From Callorhinchus milii (lineage: Eukaryota), in the NCBI RefSeq assembly GCF_018977255.1, contig NW_024704743.1:85562001-85626000 (forward strand): a DNA stretch of 64,000 bases. Direction: 5' to 3'. Shown in pieces: positions 63,790 to 64,000 of the stretch (the stretch's first letter is position 1; each line of letters starts with the position of its first letter). The translations under genes and the position numbers were made by a program. The notes beneath the pieces were generated by a model that saw nothing but the letters and a program-made list of their open reading frames with translations, made no database searches and had not been told where the DNA came from.

Positions 63790-64000
63790 ATGGGGCTGGG
63801 GAGGGTGGAGGCAGCGAGATTGGCCGAAGGCGTGGTCGAAGAGGAGGGTTTTGAGACGCACCTTGAAGGAGGCAAGGAAGAGAGAGAGGCGAAGGGATTG
63901 TGGGATGGAGTTCCAAAGGATGGGGGCAGAAAGACTGAAGGCCCCACCGCCGATGGTGGGCTGGGTTGGGCAGGGGACATGGAGCAGGCCACAGCCTGCT
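63790..64000 (-). mobile_element. L2 LINE 3' fragment
   Basis: Matches the other L2 3' regions in reverse orientation. Confidence 0.8.

Noticed and set aside
60455..64000. NUDCD1 exon 6
   Set aside because: I found no segment encoding the expected next peptide (roughly PLY.WQQT); it probably lies beyond the window

Overview
Vertebrate nuclear DNA, AT-rich and repeat-dense. It is most likely from a cartilaginous fish, possibly a chimaera; this is inferred from the repeat landscape of L2 and CR1 LINEs, tRNA-Ala SINEs and Deu-domain SINEs, and is not proven. The window holds the conserved NUDCD1-ENY2-PKHD1L1 cluster. On the minus strand, 21 coding exons of PKHD1L1 (fibrocystin-L) run from the ATG at 20827 off the left edge, giving 752 codons in frame with GT-AG introns. 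ENY2 is complete on the minus strand (4 coding exons, 103 aa). NUDCD1 starts at 41806 on the plus strand, head-to-head with ENY2 across a CpG-island promoter, with 5 exons before the right edge. Introns and intergenic DNA are filled with truncated L2 and CR1 LINEs, two SINE families, a solo LTR with a 4-bp TSD, and Tc1/pogo-type MITEs. Most notable observations: a ~410-bp-arm inverted repeat with a nested micro-inversion in PKHD1L1 intron 13; a 7-aa duplication-derived insert in ENY2 that creates an S-P-S-K motif; a covarying 3' stem-loop shared by L2 and SINE families; a C-rich minisatellite with a half-CRE in nearly every unit next to the bidirectional promoter; and a perfect 20-bp hairpin in a NUDCD1 intron. 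No novel protein-coding system was found. Gene identities rest on my recall of the human proteins, not on a database search.
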